A program made the translations under genes and the position numbers. The notes beneath the pieces were generated by a model, which saw only the letters and a list, made by a program, of their open reading frames with translations, did no database searches and was not told where the DNA came from. A stretch of 63,554 bases of DNA, filler included, from Hyphochytrium catenoides (Eukaryota > Protista > Hyphochytriomycota), in NCBI GenBank assembly GCA_900088475.1. It is 15 parts of 15 records of this genome, joined end to end, with 100 filler letters (N's around TTAATTAATTAA, not from the genome) between each part and the next. Parts side by side here need not be neighbours in the genome. Positions count along the whole stretch, not along the records: positions 2,986 to 13,326 come from FLMG01000666.1; positions 13,427 to 14,621 come from FLMG01002999.1; positions 14,722 to 15,976 come from FLMG01003739.1; positions 16,077 to 20,812 come from FLMG01003831.1; positions 20,913 to 22,064 come from FLMG01003217.1; positions 22,165 to 40,423 come from FLMG01003799.1; 9 more parts are not named here. The stretch is one strand, 5' to 3'. This document shows positions 10,869 through 22,305 of the stretch, in pieces (within the stretch, counting starts at the first letter, position 1; each line of letters opens with the position of its first letter).

Positions 10869-11889
10869 GCAGGCTGTGTTTGTCAGAATATATTAGGAAG
10901 AAAATCTGTCTATCTTTCGTCGCAATCTGCCCTCACTTCGTTTTGTTCTTCTTCTTCCAGCTTAGCCCGTACTGCTTCTCTCCTTCCTATTCCTCCTCAC
11001 CCTTAACTCCTATCTTTCTCAGGGTCCTTCTCTCACTCTCGTTCTGATTTCTCTCTCTCTCTCTCTCCTCAAATCTCCCTCTCTCTCTTTTCAGTCTTTG
11101 GAGTTGAAAGTCAGTGACATAGCCTTGGCCTGTGGGAGCGGTGGGACAGCGTGCGGGGTGGCCCTTGGCAATTCTCTTTCGGGATTGAAGGCAAGAGAGA
11201 GAGGGGGAGGCTTACAAATTTTCCTTTTCTTCTCTCTCTCTGATCTGGCAAATGCCCGATATATTGCTTTTACTTTCTTTATATGCTTCTCTCTCGCTTA
11301 ATTTCCAAGGAAGGCACTCTTTTCACGCTATTCTGTCTCACCAAGTCCTGCAGTTTCCTTCTCTCTCTTTCTCTCTCCGGTTCACTTTCACTGTCAGATT
11401 CCCATGTGGGCCTCGCCCTCTCCGGACTCCCTTCCGCCCTTTAGCTCTTCTCTCGCCTGTTCTCCTCCGTTCAACGCCTCTCTCTCTGTCTGTCTGTCTG
11501 TCTTTCTCTCTCTTTCTCTACCCCGCTGTCTTTCTCTCTCTCTCTCTCTCCAATCTAGACTGCAATATTTTCGAGACAATCCCTATTGTTCTGTCTGTTC
11601 AACCTCTCCCTTTTATAACGAGCCTTTCCCCTTTCGTGTCTCTCTCTCACTGTTTATTTCTCTCTGTAGGCAAAAGTTCACGCTTTCAGTGTCTGCGACT
11701 CTCCGAGCTATTTCTATGAGTTTATGCAGGAGAGACTTCTAAACGAGCTGGGGCTCTCTTCTCTCTCCTCGAAAGACCTACTGGACATAATGTATAGCTC
11801 TTGCTCTCTCTTTTGTCTCTATCTGTCTGTAGTGCCTTTTCCAAGCTCAGCTTGTCGCTTCCCTCTCCCTCTCTCCCTCTCTCATTCTT

Positions 11890-11920
<31 letters not shown>

Positions 11921-12077
11921 CAGCCTTTCCCTCTCTCTCTCTCTTTATCTCTTGCTATTTGCCCTTTCCCTCTCAACCTTACTCATGATCTATTCGTCTG
12001 GGTCTGTCTCTTTTGCTAACGTTTTTCCTTCCTCCCCTTTGTCCCCTCTCTCTTTCTCTCTCTCTCCTTCAAACTTT

Positions 12078-12115
<38 letters not shown>

Positions 12116-12838
12116 ATCTCGCTTCTCTGTGACTCTGGCAGCGACTCGAAGGGGAGAGGATACGCGATGGCGTCGGATGAGGAACTTCGTTTTCTCCTTC
12201 AAGTGGCAGAGAGCTCAGGAGTTCTGTTTGACCCAGTCTACACAGGGAAAGCCGTCGTTCAGCTTGTCAGGCGCCTACAGAGCGAACCTGAGGTAAAGCT
12301 CCCTCTCTCTCTCTCTCTCTTCTTCCTCTCTCCCTCTTGTGTGTCTCTCTTTCTTCTCGACTGCTTTATGCTCTTGCTTTCATTTGAATGTGTGTCTTCG
12401 CTCTCTGATTTTGCATATACAATCTCCTCCGGGCCAAACCTCTCTCTCTCTCTCTCTCTCTACATCCCTTGAATCGCCCTTCCCAAGCCGTCTCACCTCA
12501 TGACGAACCTCTCTCTCCGTCTATCGTCGGTTTGGCCCTGTCCCTAGTGTTACTTCTCTCTTCACGATCCTACTCTTTCTCTCTTTCTGCCAATCTCTCC
12601 TGTTATGTCTCTCTCTCTCTCTTCTCACACTCACGCGGCTGTATAGGCTTTCAAGGGTAAGAAGATACTTTTTCTCCATACAGGAGGAGCGTTTGGTCTC
12701 TATCAGTACAAGGAACAGATCCAAAAACTCCTGGGAGAAGAGAGGGAAGAAGAAGGAGAAAGACAGAGGAAGAGAAGGCCGAAGGCCGTGCGTTTCTCTC
12801 CATCTGCGAGCCTGCTGGAGAAAACGCGGAGGAAATAA
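8793..12838 (+). CDS. D-cysteine desulfhydrase / ACC deaminase family PLP enzyme (plant DCD1-like)
   Basis: Exons ~8793-8821 (start uncertain, alternative ATG 8664), 9015-9297, 9569-9610, 9885-10133, 10516-10604, 11095-11190, 11670-11791, 12142-12292, 12647-12838. Motifs: PTPI..YVKREDLSGFELSGNK-IRKLEFLL, TIGGLQSNHCRATA, GNLL, LGTWGY, ACGSGGT, DPVYTGKA, ILFLHTGG. One lesion at ~10545 (see findings). Confidence 0.95.
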
Positions 12839-13427
12839 AGCAACGACTATTGCGCCTTCACATTATTAGAGGGCCCCGGTGCGCAAACTAATGGAGAGGC
12901 CTACCTATCCCTAGAGAAGGGGAAGAGAGAAAGAGAAAAGAGACCGAGACCAAAGAAGAGAGAGAGAGAGATAGGGATTAAGGACGTAGACTCTCGAAGG
13001 GCTCAGGTGTACCGGGGAGGACAGAAATAGAAAGAGAGATGCAACGAGAGAATATAAGATGTTACCAAGAAAGAGAAGGACACCCGTCTAGGAAGAGACA
13101 GAGAGAGAGACAAACACAGAGAGACAAAACCAGAGAGAGAGGCAAAACCAGAGAAAGAGTCAATCAAGAAGAGACGGAGCTATCCTGAAAGGACAAGAGG
13201 CAGCAACAGAGGCGAAGCGGGGTCCTCTCTCTCAATGTTTCATCCCCGCTCTCTTCCCTTTTGCTATCTCTCTTTCTCTCCTTTCTCAGTCTCACCCTTC
13301 TCTGTCAATCTCTCTCTCTCTCTCTCNNNNNNNNNNNNNNNNNNNNNNNNNNNNNNNNNNNNNNNNNNNNTTAATTAATTAANNNNNNNNNNNNNNNNNN
13401 NNNNNNNNNNNNNNNNNNNNNNNNNNA

Positions 13428-14621
13428 GGTCGCTGGCTGCTGGAGGAGGCTCTGCAGCGCTACCAAGCGGAAAGGGGAGATAAAAAGAAAGGGGAAAGCG
13501 GCGACTTGGTGGATCTTAGAAAGAAGAATGCGGAAGGCAAGTTATATGCTATTGGGTCTGCTATTCCTGCATCTCTCCCTCTCTCTCTCTCTGTCTCTCT
13601 CTCTCTCTCTCTCTTTTCCTCTCTCTCCCTCTCTCTCTCTTTCCTCTCTCTCTCTTTCTCTCTCTTCTTTTTCATCATCCGCTGTCTCATAGTATCACCT
13701 CTTTCAAATTTTGAGACATTCCTGGTTGATCTTTCTCTTCAAATCGTCATTCTATGAGGGTCTTCGTGCCTTCTCTCTGCGATCCTCTTCTTCTCCCTCT
13801 CTTCATCTTGTTTCTTTTTCCTACCTCTCTCTCTAAGCCTCTCTCTCTTCTACTTCTTCTTTCTTTCTCTTCTTCAAAAATGTGCGACTCGATGTGCCAA
13901 GCTAATATCTCTTTCTCTTAGTTCCCTCAGAGCTGCTGGACATCGATCTCCCGATGGGAACTTTCCTTCACTTTGGGGACGAGCTCGAGGTTGACTATCA
14001 AGAGGACGCGGTGCCGCAGGAGGAAGAGACGAGCCCAGGAAATGGAGAAGAGGAAGAGCCTAATGAGAGAGAAGAACTTGAAAACTCTGTCCGTCACTCT
14101 CACGTATCCTCCTCCTCTCCTTCAATCGAAGGGGAAGAGGATGCACCAAGTTCAAGCCTCTCTCTCTCTCGAACATCTTCCGGCCGTTCCTCTCCCAATA
14201 GAGGTCTTCCTCCGAAGCCCAAACCGAGCTTCAAAAGAGAAAAGAAGAAGCATAACATCTTTGGTCAGCTGAACTCTCTCTCTCTCTCTCTCTCCCTGGC
14301 ACACAGTACTCTTTGCCTTCTGCCCATTGACCGCACGCCACAATAGCTTTCCTCTCCTTCTCTCTCTGTCTTCTCTCTTTACTGGGTGTCACCCATCTAT
14401 GAGCTATTCTCACTATTTCCTCCCTTTCTCCTCTCTCTCTCTCTCTTTCTCACCGATGAAGATAAGCTGCTGGACGACCTTCGATTGAAGAAGAAGAATG
14501 GTGAGAGCCTAGACTCGCAGGGGAATGAAGAGAAGGAAGAATACAACCAAGACAGCGGTGCTCTCTCTCCTGAATATGGTGATGATCTTGTCCCTGGGGA
14601 CTCATCTTTCCTCTCTTCTTC
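13428..14621 (+). CDS. Fragment of unknown protein with Par3/HAL N-terminal (ubiquitin-like) domain followed by an acidic/Ser-rich region
   Basis: Exons 13428-13536, 13922-14263, 14462-14621: GRWLLEEALQRY...VPSELLDIDLPMGTFLHFGDELEVDY resembles the WLxxEAxxRY...LLDxD pattern. The first intron has a GC donor. Confidence 0.5.
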
Positions 14622-14819
14622 NNNNNNNNNNNNNNNNNNNNNNNNNNNNNNNNNNNNNNNNNNNNTTAATTAATTAANNNNNNNNNNNNNNNNNNNNNNN
14701 NNNNNNNNNNNNNNNNNNNNNGGGGAGGCACAGCTGACTGCACCTATTCGGCGCAGCAGGAACAGTCAAGGTTAACACTGCCCCGTAGAGTCCGGGTTAA
14801 CACTGCCTCGGACATTCGG

Positions 14820-15650
14820 CTTGAGACAGGCTTGGCTAAGACACGGCTCGCTTCCTGCTGGCGCGTAACACCGCTTGTCACTGTCGTCAGTACACTTGCC
14901 CCCACCATACAGGGTCTTTCCTCAGGGGGAGTACACTCGTTACCTGTACAGGCATCGAACCGCTTACCATTGGCTCGGAGAAGACCGGCACTTTGAGACA
15001 GGTTAAGATACGGCTCGTTTCTGCTGGCGCGTAGGACCGCTTAACCCCACCACACAGGGTCTTTCCTAATGGCGGGTGTACATTCGTCGCCTATACAGGC
15101 TTAGAACCGCTTAACAATGGCTTGAGTACACCTATCGCTGCACAGGGTCTTTCCTAATGGCGTGAGTACACTCGTCGCCTCCATAGAACCGCTTAACACT
15201 GGCTGGAGTACACTTATTGCCGCACAGGGTCTTTCCTAATGGCGTGAGTACACTCGTCGCTTATACAGGCATAGAACCGCTTTCATTGGCTTGAGTACAC
15301 TTGTCGCTTGCGCAGGGTCTTTCCTAATGGCGTGAGAACACTCGTCGTTTATACAGGCATAGAACCGCTTATCATTGGCTTGAGTACACTTGTCGCTTGC
15401 GTAGGGTCTTTCCTACAGGCGTGAGTACACTGTCGCTTGTATAGGCGCAGAATCGGCAGTTTGAGACAGGCTGTGACACGGTCTGCTTATCACTAGCGCA
15501 TAGACCCATCCATTAGGCAATCGGTAGTAGACTAGATGCTTGTACAGGCGGTGAACTGGCAGCTTCAGACAGACAGCCACGATTTGCTTCAGTCAGGCTA
15601 AGACACGGCTGACTGAATAGTTTTTGAGACAGGCTAAGAGCGGGTCGCGT
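14820..15650. repeat. Complex degenerate tandem repeat, ~88-bp unit
   Basis: AGGGTCTTTCCT at 14911, 15056, 15144, 15226, 15314, 15403. Recurrent GAGTACACT and GAACCGCTT. TTGAGACAGG module at ~14821, ~14993, ~15461, ~15624. Confidence 0.9.
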
Positions 15651-16471
15651 TGACGCTAGGCCAAGTTCGTCTAAGACTGGCGAACAATTCGCAGTTGTGA
15701 AGTTTGTTTATTCAGATCGGGATTTCCTGATACGGCATAGCTTAGGATTTAGAGGCCTTACAAGGATGGTGGAGGCTAGCCAGAGACCGCAGACGCGGCG
15801 ATTGGCAGCTAGACGTCTCTTTCATATTGCGTCATCCTCTTCCGCCAGGAGCTCCAGAGCACCATTTCTCTTGCTGGCCTTCGCAATCTGGTCTCCGAAC
15901 CTGGTCTCCGTTCGCGATAGAACCTTCGGCCGTTGATTTCCTGTCCGCGATCACTGCTTTACCAATTCTCTACCAGNNNNNNNNNNNNNNNNNNNNNNNN
16001 NNNNNNNNNNNNNNNNNNNNTTAATTAATTAANNNNNNNNNNNNNNNNNNNNNNNNNNNNNNNNNNNNNNNNNNNNCTCTCTCTTTTCTCTCTTTCTCTC
16101 TCTCTCTTCGCTCTGCGAGACTCAGCTGGCCAAGCTGGTGCACAATGTACGGATGGCGCGACAACGGCTTTTTCTCTATCGTCTGCTCTTTGTCGTTGCC
16201 TCTCACTGTCACTGCGTCATCAAACAATATCGATCAAAGAAGAGACAAAGCTCTCTCTCTCTCTAGTGTCCGATCTCAATCTCAGTAAAAGCAAGGAAGA
16301 TAATCTGCAGATTGCAATCGCTAGGACCCCTTGCCGAGCGGACAAACTGCACCATCTCTCTCTCTTCCTCGTAGTGTTTTGAGACTTACATAGGCAGAGT
16401 GATGATGAGAGGACGGCGGCAGTAACTCACGCAACCATTGCACCAGCAAGCTTGGAAGTCCCAGCGAAGCG

Positions 16472-17986
16472 ATGGGCCTTCGGAGTTATGAGGAAGAGGT
16501 TGAGCTCAATGCAAAAGGCTACGGTGCATGGACGCCTGGCAGTCCCTTCTCCAGATCCCTCGGGGAGCAAAAGTACGGCGTATATGGCATGAGACGTGCC
16601 TCAGCAGCAGGAGGAGATGATCTGCTTGAAGACTCTGACGGCGATGTCAAGAAGGTGGCGGTCTCAGCCATTGAACAGAAGCTCGTCCTTTACGGTCTGG
16701 GCTTTGCCATTGCGGGGCTCTTTGCCTCTCAAAATATTCTGGCGCCAAATCTTAGCAGTGTGGCCCATGATCTGGGCATCTCCAAAGACTCTCTGGCGGC
16801 CAACTCCTCTTTTGCCTCTGCGATTGTGTCTCTACCGTTTATCCTGCTTCTAGGAGTCTGGTCAGATGTCTCGAAGAAGAGCCGTGTGGCGATCTTCTCC
16901 TATGTCCTCGCGGTAGCTAAGATTGCCTGTGTCGGCGTCGCCTGGTCCTATAGACCCGCCCAGATCTATTTCTACCAGCTTCTTCTGGGCATTGCCACAG
17001 GCGGTGCTATCCCTTTAGTCTTTGCGCTGATAGGAGACATCTTTCCGCCTGAAAGGCGGCCTAGTGCCAGTGCCATAGTAACAGGAGCAATGGGCCTTGG
17101 CTTACTAGGCGGTCAACTAATGTCAGGGATGCTAGGCCCAACATACGGCTGGCGAACGCCGTACGTCTTCGCCGCGTTGATGGGACTGTTCAGCTTTATA
17201 GTGCTATTGACGGTTGTCAAGGAGCGCTGTCCGCCGACAACGACGCTCCTACGTCGCGGTTCTGACCTCATCCTTCGGAGGGCGACGTCTTTAGAGCTTT
17301 CCTATAGGAACAGAGTATTTGGAACCATCCTGCGATGCAAGACCAACGTACTGTTGGTGGCACAGGGTTTCCCTGGGTCTATGCCCTGGGGCATGATCCT
17401 CATCTATCTCAACGATTATCTTACCAGAGAGAAGGGCATGACTGCCGTAGAGGGAAGCACTGTCATCGCAGTCTTTGGAATTGGTGCTGCACTAGGCAGC
17501 GTAGGAGGCGGTTTCTTAGGGCAGGTGGTCTACCGCCTCCATAGTGCTTATCTTCCCATACTGATGGGCCTGAGCTCCATCCTTGGGACTGTTCCCATGT
17601 ACTTGCTCATCAACGGAGATCCGCTAGAAAAGAATGTCTTTCTCTTCAACTCCTTGTTGGCAGGAGCGCTGGTCAACGTGACGGGGTCAAACGTACGGGC
17701 TGTTCTTCTTAATGTGAACGCTCCGGACACTCGGGGAACAGTGTTGACGCTTTCCAACGTCTTCAATACGCTTGGCCGAGGAGCAGGTCCGGTGGCAGCA
17801 AGCTATCTCATCAGCTGGTCGGGCAATAGGGTCGAGGCTTTCAACTGTATTCTCTGTCTTTGGGCTGTAAGTGGCGCGATGCTCCTACTGTCAGCTCTAT
17901 ACATTCAAGAGGATGAGAGAATGACCCACGGGAGAGACAGGATTAACGTTCCTGCTCCTAAGAGAAATATAGCGCTGGTGGTCTAA
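16472..17986 (+). CDS. Major facilitator superfamily transporter (Spinster-like/MFS_1), intronless, 504 aa
   Basis: About 12 hydrophobic segments, QNILAPNL, GVWSD..KSR (motif A-like), ALIGDIFPPERR, GPTYGWRTPY, QGFPGSMPWG, LNVNAPDTRG. Confidence 0.93.
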   Translation: MGLRSYEEEVELNAKGYGAWTPGSPFSRSLGEQKYGVYGMRRASAAGGDDLLEDSDGDVKKVAVSAIEQKLVLYGLGFAIAGLFASQNILAPNLSSVAHDLGISKDSLAANSSFASAIVSLPFILLLGVWSDVSKKSRVAIFSYVLAVAKIACVGVAWSYRPAQIYFYQLLLGIATGGAIPLVFALIGDIFPPERRPSASAIVTGAMGLGLLGGQLMSGMLGPTYGWRTPYVFAALMGLFSFIVLLTVVKERCPPTTTLLRRGSDLILRRATSLELSYRNRVFGTILRCKTNVLLVAQGFPGSMPWGMILIYLNDYLTREKGMTAVEGSTVIAVFGIGAALGSVGGGFLGQVVYRLHSAYLPILMGLSSILGTVPMYLLINGDPLEKNVFLFNSLLAGALVNVTGSNVRAVLLNVNAPDTRGTVLTLSNVFNTLGRGAGPVAASYLISWSGNRVEAFNCILCLWAVSGAMLLLSALYIQEDERMTHGRDRINVPAPKRNIALVV

Positions 17987-18363
17987 GAATGCCGAGCGGA
18001 GAGAAGTGGACGAGAAAAAGTCGATCAGCCACACTTCATCTCTTACTATTTGCTCCATCCTACACTTTATTTATTTATTGCTCTTCATATAATGCAAGAA
18101 GTTGTTCTTTCACTTCATGGGACTTGTCTCCACACGCGTCGCACGTGTGGAAATACGAGGCAAGGAGATAAAAAGAAAGGAAGGAAAAGAGAAAAGAGAG
18201 ATCATTGGCCATGACGCCAGACCTACTCGGAAAGGGAGATAGGAGGAGGGATCAAGGGGCCAGAGAGAACTCATGAAGTGAGAGAATAGCTGACTGAGAG
18301 GATTAGGTTAAAGGCCGAGATGGGCGATGGAGAAGCAAGTGACGGCAAGAAGTATAATGCAGC

Positions 18364-19254
18364 TTAGTAGTTCTTCATCTTCCTGCCGTGGCCGAGCACC
18401 GTTGATGGCTTGATGGCGCACTGAAGAGTGATCCAGACTGGGATGAGAAGGTAAGGTAGATAGAAGGCACTAAGCAAGGCAATCTCTTGCTTTGAGAGGC
18501 CGTAGGAGCCTAACCAGAGCTCACCCAGGATGGGGATCAGTGTGGTCGCCACATGTGAGCCATAAACTAGGAACAATGTATAGTTAGATAAAATGTAAAA
18601 GTCTAGACGCGGAAGAGTAATGGGAAGATGGCCCTCTGCAGAGCAGTCAATGCCACCAGGACGAGCTGATACTGTTAGAGTTTCGAGTCCGCGAGAGAGA
18701 GCGAGAGAGAGAAGAGAATAAGAGAGCGAGACAGAGTACCAGCAGCTTTAGAGACATGCACCTAGAAAGAAGGGGGCGGCACTAACTCTGTAGAGATAGA
18801 GCAAGGGTCAGTTAGTGTGCTAAGCGGTTCAATAAACTTACTGATGAGAGGAATGCGGACCCATTGTTTCTCTATTGTATAGCGCACCGTGACAATCCGT
18901 GAGAGGCAATGACGCATGAGAGGAAGCATGATGTCGTTAGAGCAGCAACGAACTTCCGAGACCTCTGAATAGATAAACATTCACACCTGTCCAGAGCCCA
19001 TAGATTGCAACGAAGAAAAGCGGCAGCTGGAAGAGCACTTCAAAGAGAGTAATGGCCTTGAACCAGACGGGGAAGGTCGTCATGAAAGGGTCTTTGAAAG
19101 TTTTCCCATACCACGCGTGGACTTCAGCCACAGGCTTAGGATAGATATGTCCAGGCAGAACGACGCTGGAGTCCACAAAGATGGTGATTGGTACGTGCGT
19201 GACGAAGTACAGCATCCAGATGTACCACGTGATGCTTCGTTCACGGCTAGCCAT
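18364..19254 (-). CDS. TMEM97: TMEM97 / sigma-2 receptor (EXPERA domain)
   Basis: Exons 19254-18987, 18871-18842, 18566-18364 splice in phase: YFVTHVPITIFVDS..FKDPFM..PVWFK..EVLFQLP..WVRIPLIIYGSHVATTLIP..YLPYLLIP. Confidence 0.9.
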
Positions 19255-20017
19255 TATGTTGTGCGCTACGTCGGCTTGCTAATCCTGCGCTCGTCTTTTC
19301 TAAAAGATGTACCTATGTAGCTGCAGGTCAGATAGTCACTGCGCCTCGAGCTCCACGTGGTACCGCTGGTTTATATGATGCACTTACTTAGCCAGAAAGA
19401 GTCTATGGAAAAGTACGGAAAACTTGGTAGCGATAATGCTGCGGAAGAAGATGCAGAGACAGAGCAGCAATGCAATCGAAAGACGATGAGATCTCGGAGA
19501 TCCGGAAAATCTTCGAAATGTTTGGGAAGTTGAAGCTTTGGCCACAGCTCGCAAATTGCGTGTTTAATGGACAAATATTCATTCTTATTGAAATTTATTA
19601 GACCGCCACTTTGCTGAGAAGGCCTTGCTATGGCTTACAACGTACTGTAAGTCAGCTGAGTCACTCCTTATATTTCTGCTCGTGAAAAAATTTAAAGGGC
19701 CCTTTTTCCCCCATGAAAATAAACCAATTTATTACTGTACCGTAAAACAATCGACATAAAAAGAAAATCCTTTTTATCCATCAGCCTACACCTGGGGGAG
19801 GTGTGATTACGGTGATTATGGCAGGCCCTACATCTCTGTCTGTCACGAAGATCCAGATCTCTGGCATTCATTTCTGAAGCTTCGTTATCGGGAAACGGAC
19901 ACCAGGACAAGATAAATTTAGCCATTTGGCTACATTCCACACTATTCAGGACTCAGCCGCTTGAGGGGAGTATTCGTTTATCTTCAAGGACTCAACCCAC
20001 TATTGGGGTGAGAAACC

Positions 20018-20440
20018 ATGAGCCAAGCTGTACGCGCTTTGGCAGGCAGGACCAGACTTCGTCTTCTCTGGACTCGCCGGGCAACTGCGCACAGCGTGCT
20101 CCCCGTACATTGCAGACCCTCTGCCTTACTAGAAATAAGCAAACCTTTCTTCCGGTGGCATCAACAACTTAGATCGTTTCAGAACTCTAGAGACTCCGGT
20201 GACTTAAACTTCTCATCGATCTTTGGCTTTGACTATGAAGATGAACTTAGGCCGAAAAGTCGTCGGCGAACGCGGCGCCTTTTTGATGACTCGTCGGATG
20301 AGGAGGAAGAACCGCCTCTGAGTGAGGAAGAGCTGACTCAGTTTAACAAGCGCAATGAGCGGATCACATCTTTAGAAGTGCTTGTTATTGACTTTGACGG
20401 GAACAAGATGGGCGTCATCCCTACTCCACAGGCCATTGAG
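20018..20440 (+). CDS. Organellar (probably mitochondrial) translation initiation factor IF-3, first exon (3' truncated)
   Basis: Arg-rich presequence-like N-terminus, then RNERITSLEVLVIDFDGNKMGVIPTPQAIE (IF3_N motif), ending at donor GTAAAG. Confidence 0.8.
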
Positions 20441-20755
20441 GTAAAGAGACCAGTAAATCGCCAAGCTTACCTTTCAGCGAGAAGATGACTAGCGGGAGAG
20501 ACTCTGAGAAACAGAGAGAGGGAGAGAGAGTAGGATAGAGAGAGAGAGAGGAAGGGGTAGAAAGAGAGACAGAAAGAGAGAGAGAGAGAGACAGAGGAAG
20601 GGGGAAGAGAGACAAAACAATAAGATACCCTGAGGGAGAGGAGAGAGAGCAAAGTGGACCAAACCTGAGCCTAGTGCTTCATTCTCCTATATCCCCTCTT
20701 CCTGGGCCATGCTTCCCTCCTTGCTGTCTGTCTCCTACCTCTCTCTACCCCTTAG

Positions 20756-20794
<39 letters not shown>

Positions 20795-21675
20795 TTCTCT
20801 CTCTCTTTCTCTNNNNNNNNNNNNNNNNNNNNNNNNNNNNNNNNNNNNNNNNNNNNTTAATTAATTAANNNNNNNNNNNNNNNNNNNNNNNNNNNNNNNN
20901 NNNNNNNNNNNNTCCCTCAAGGACGACGTGGTCACTAGTTCGACGCTGCGGCAGCGCTCCATAGGGAGGAGGTAGCTCTGGCGAGGTGGATGCATCCATT
21001 TCTCTGCGAGTGGGTAAGACCGGTGACTCCTACCCTGCCTCCTACGCCATCATTGCAGCTAACGAACAATGTCCACCAGAACTCTGATAAAAGAGAAACC
21101 AAGCCATCGGTTCAACATGCGACCTATCCTTCTTGAGATCTCTGAGATCACGAGAGTCTTCTTTGGCCTCCAGATCGTCCGTCGCGGCGATGAAGCTTGC
21201 TCAGTGCACTGCAGGCGATGACAAGAAATAACGGAGACTTGCGAACCCAATAACGAGGTGAGCGGGTGAATGATTATCAGTCCGAACAAAATCAGTTAAC
21301 TGGATTCATGATTACCGCAGGGCTCTGCTCTTGTTCAGCGGGATAACGGAATGGCCCACCCGTCCCCCTAACTGAGTGATAATGTGGCGACTTCCGGTGG
21401 GTGGGCTTACATTCCTGTTATTTTCCTTGTGCTGCTGCTGCTGCTGTCTCTCGTAAGCCCATAGATAATGTTAGCAATGAATTCTGGAGATTATTGCGTC
21501 TCAACCAAGTGCCACGGCGCTTCGGAGTACAGAGAGAGATTGGAGATAGATAATAATCAGCCAACAAGCGTCCCCAAAGGCCGTGGAGACAGTCTTCAAA
21601 ACTGCCTGGTCTTGGTGTAGCTCCTGAGGCCGTCCAAGGGTTTTTTGACCCTCGAGGCCACAGCCGACACTGACC

Positions 21676-22048
21676 ATGGAAGGGGGCGCAGTGGTCGCGA
21701 TAATTGTCCTCGCAGTGGTGCGTTTCTCAATCTCTGTCCTTTCAGAATCTTGAGGCTCTCGTAATGCCTTGCCCTTGTATCCTCTTTTAATCGTCTCTTC
21801 CGTCGCCTCGTGGTTCCTCCTCCATCCTCCGCTTGCGGATTCTTATGTTCGCAATGTAGGTGTTTGTCATTGGGCTCTTCTGTGCGTATCAAGGTACCTA
21901 CATCGTCAAGCAAGCCGAAGGTGAGGACTGACCTCCTCTACCGAAGCTGCGGGAACAGTACTCTTACGATTTATTTTGATCCTTAGGTGTTGTCATCGAG
22001 AGGCTGGGGAAGTTCCACAGAGTCTTGGGCTCAGGACTCAATTTTGTG
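21676..22048 (+). CDS. SPFH/band-7 (stomatin/paraslipin-like) membrane protein, first three exons (3' truncated); absent from the ORF track
   Basis: Exons 21676-21717, 21860-21920, 21987-22048 give MEGGAVVAIIVLAVVFVIGLFCAYQGTYIVKQAEGVVIERLGKFHRVLGSGLNFV, an N-terminal TM helix plus the classic VVIERLGKF..GL.F motif. Confidence 0.88.
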
Positions 22049-22305
22049 GTAAGTGTCTATCACCNNNNNNNNNNNNNNNNNNNNNNNNNNNNNNNNNNNN
22101 NNNNNNNNTTAATTAATTAANNNNNNNNNNNNNNNNNNNNNNNNNNNNNNNNNNNNNNNNNNNNCTCTCTCTCTCTCTCTTCCTTCTCTCTGCCTCTCGC
22201 TGCCCCGTCTCTCTGGCTCAAATCATCCCCATTCTTCCGCTCTTTATCTCGTTCTCTGACACTACGTGCTGCCTGGTTGTCCTTTCCAATTGTTCCCTGC
22301 GCTAG

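Noticed and set aside
14880-15450. CRISPR-like or C2H2 zinc-finger array
   Set aside because: The intervening sequences are homologous to each other rather than unique spacers, and there are no cas genes. ERPY resembles a ZF linker but the CxxC...HxxxH spacing is absent.
20913-20999. Possible gene start MDASTSPELPPPYGALPQRR on the minus strand
   Set aside because: Only 29 codons before the contig end and no recognisable motif.
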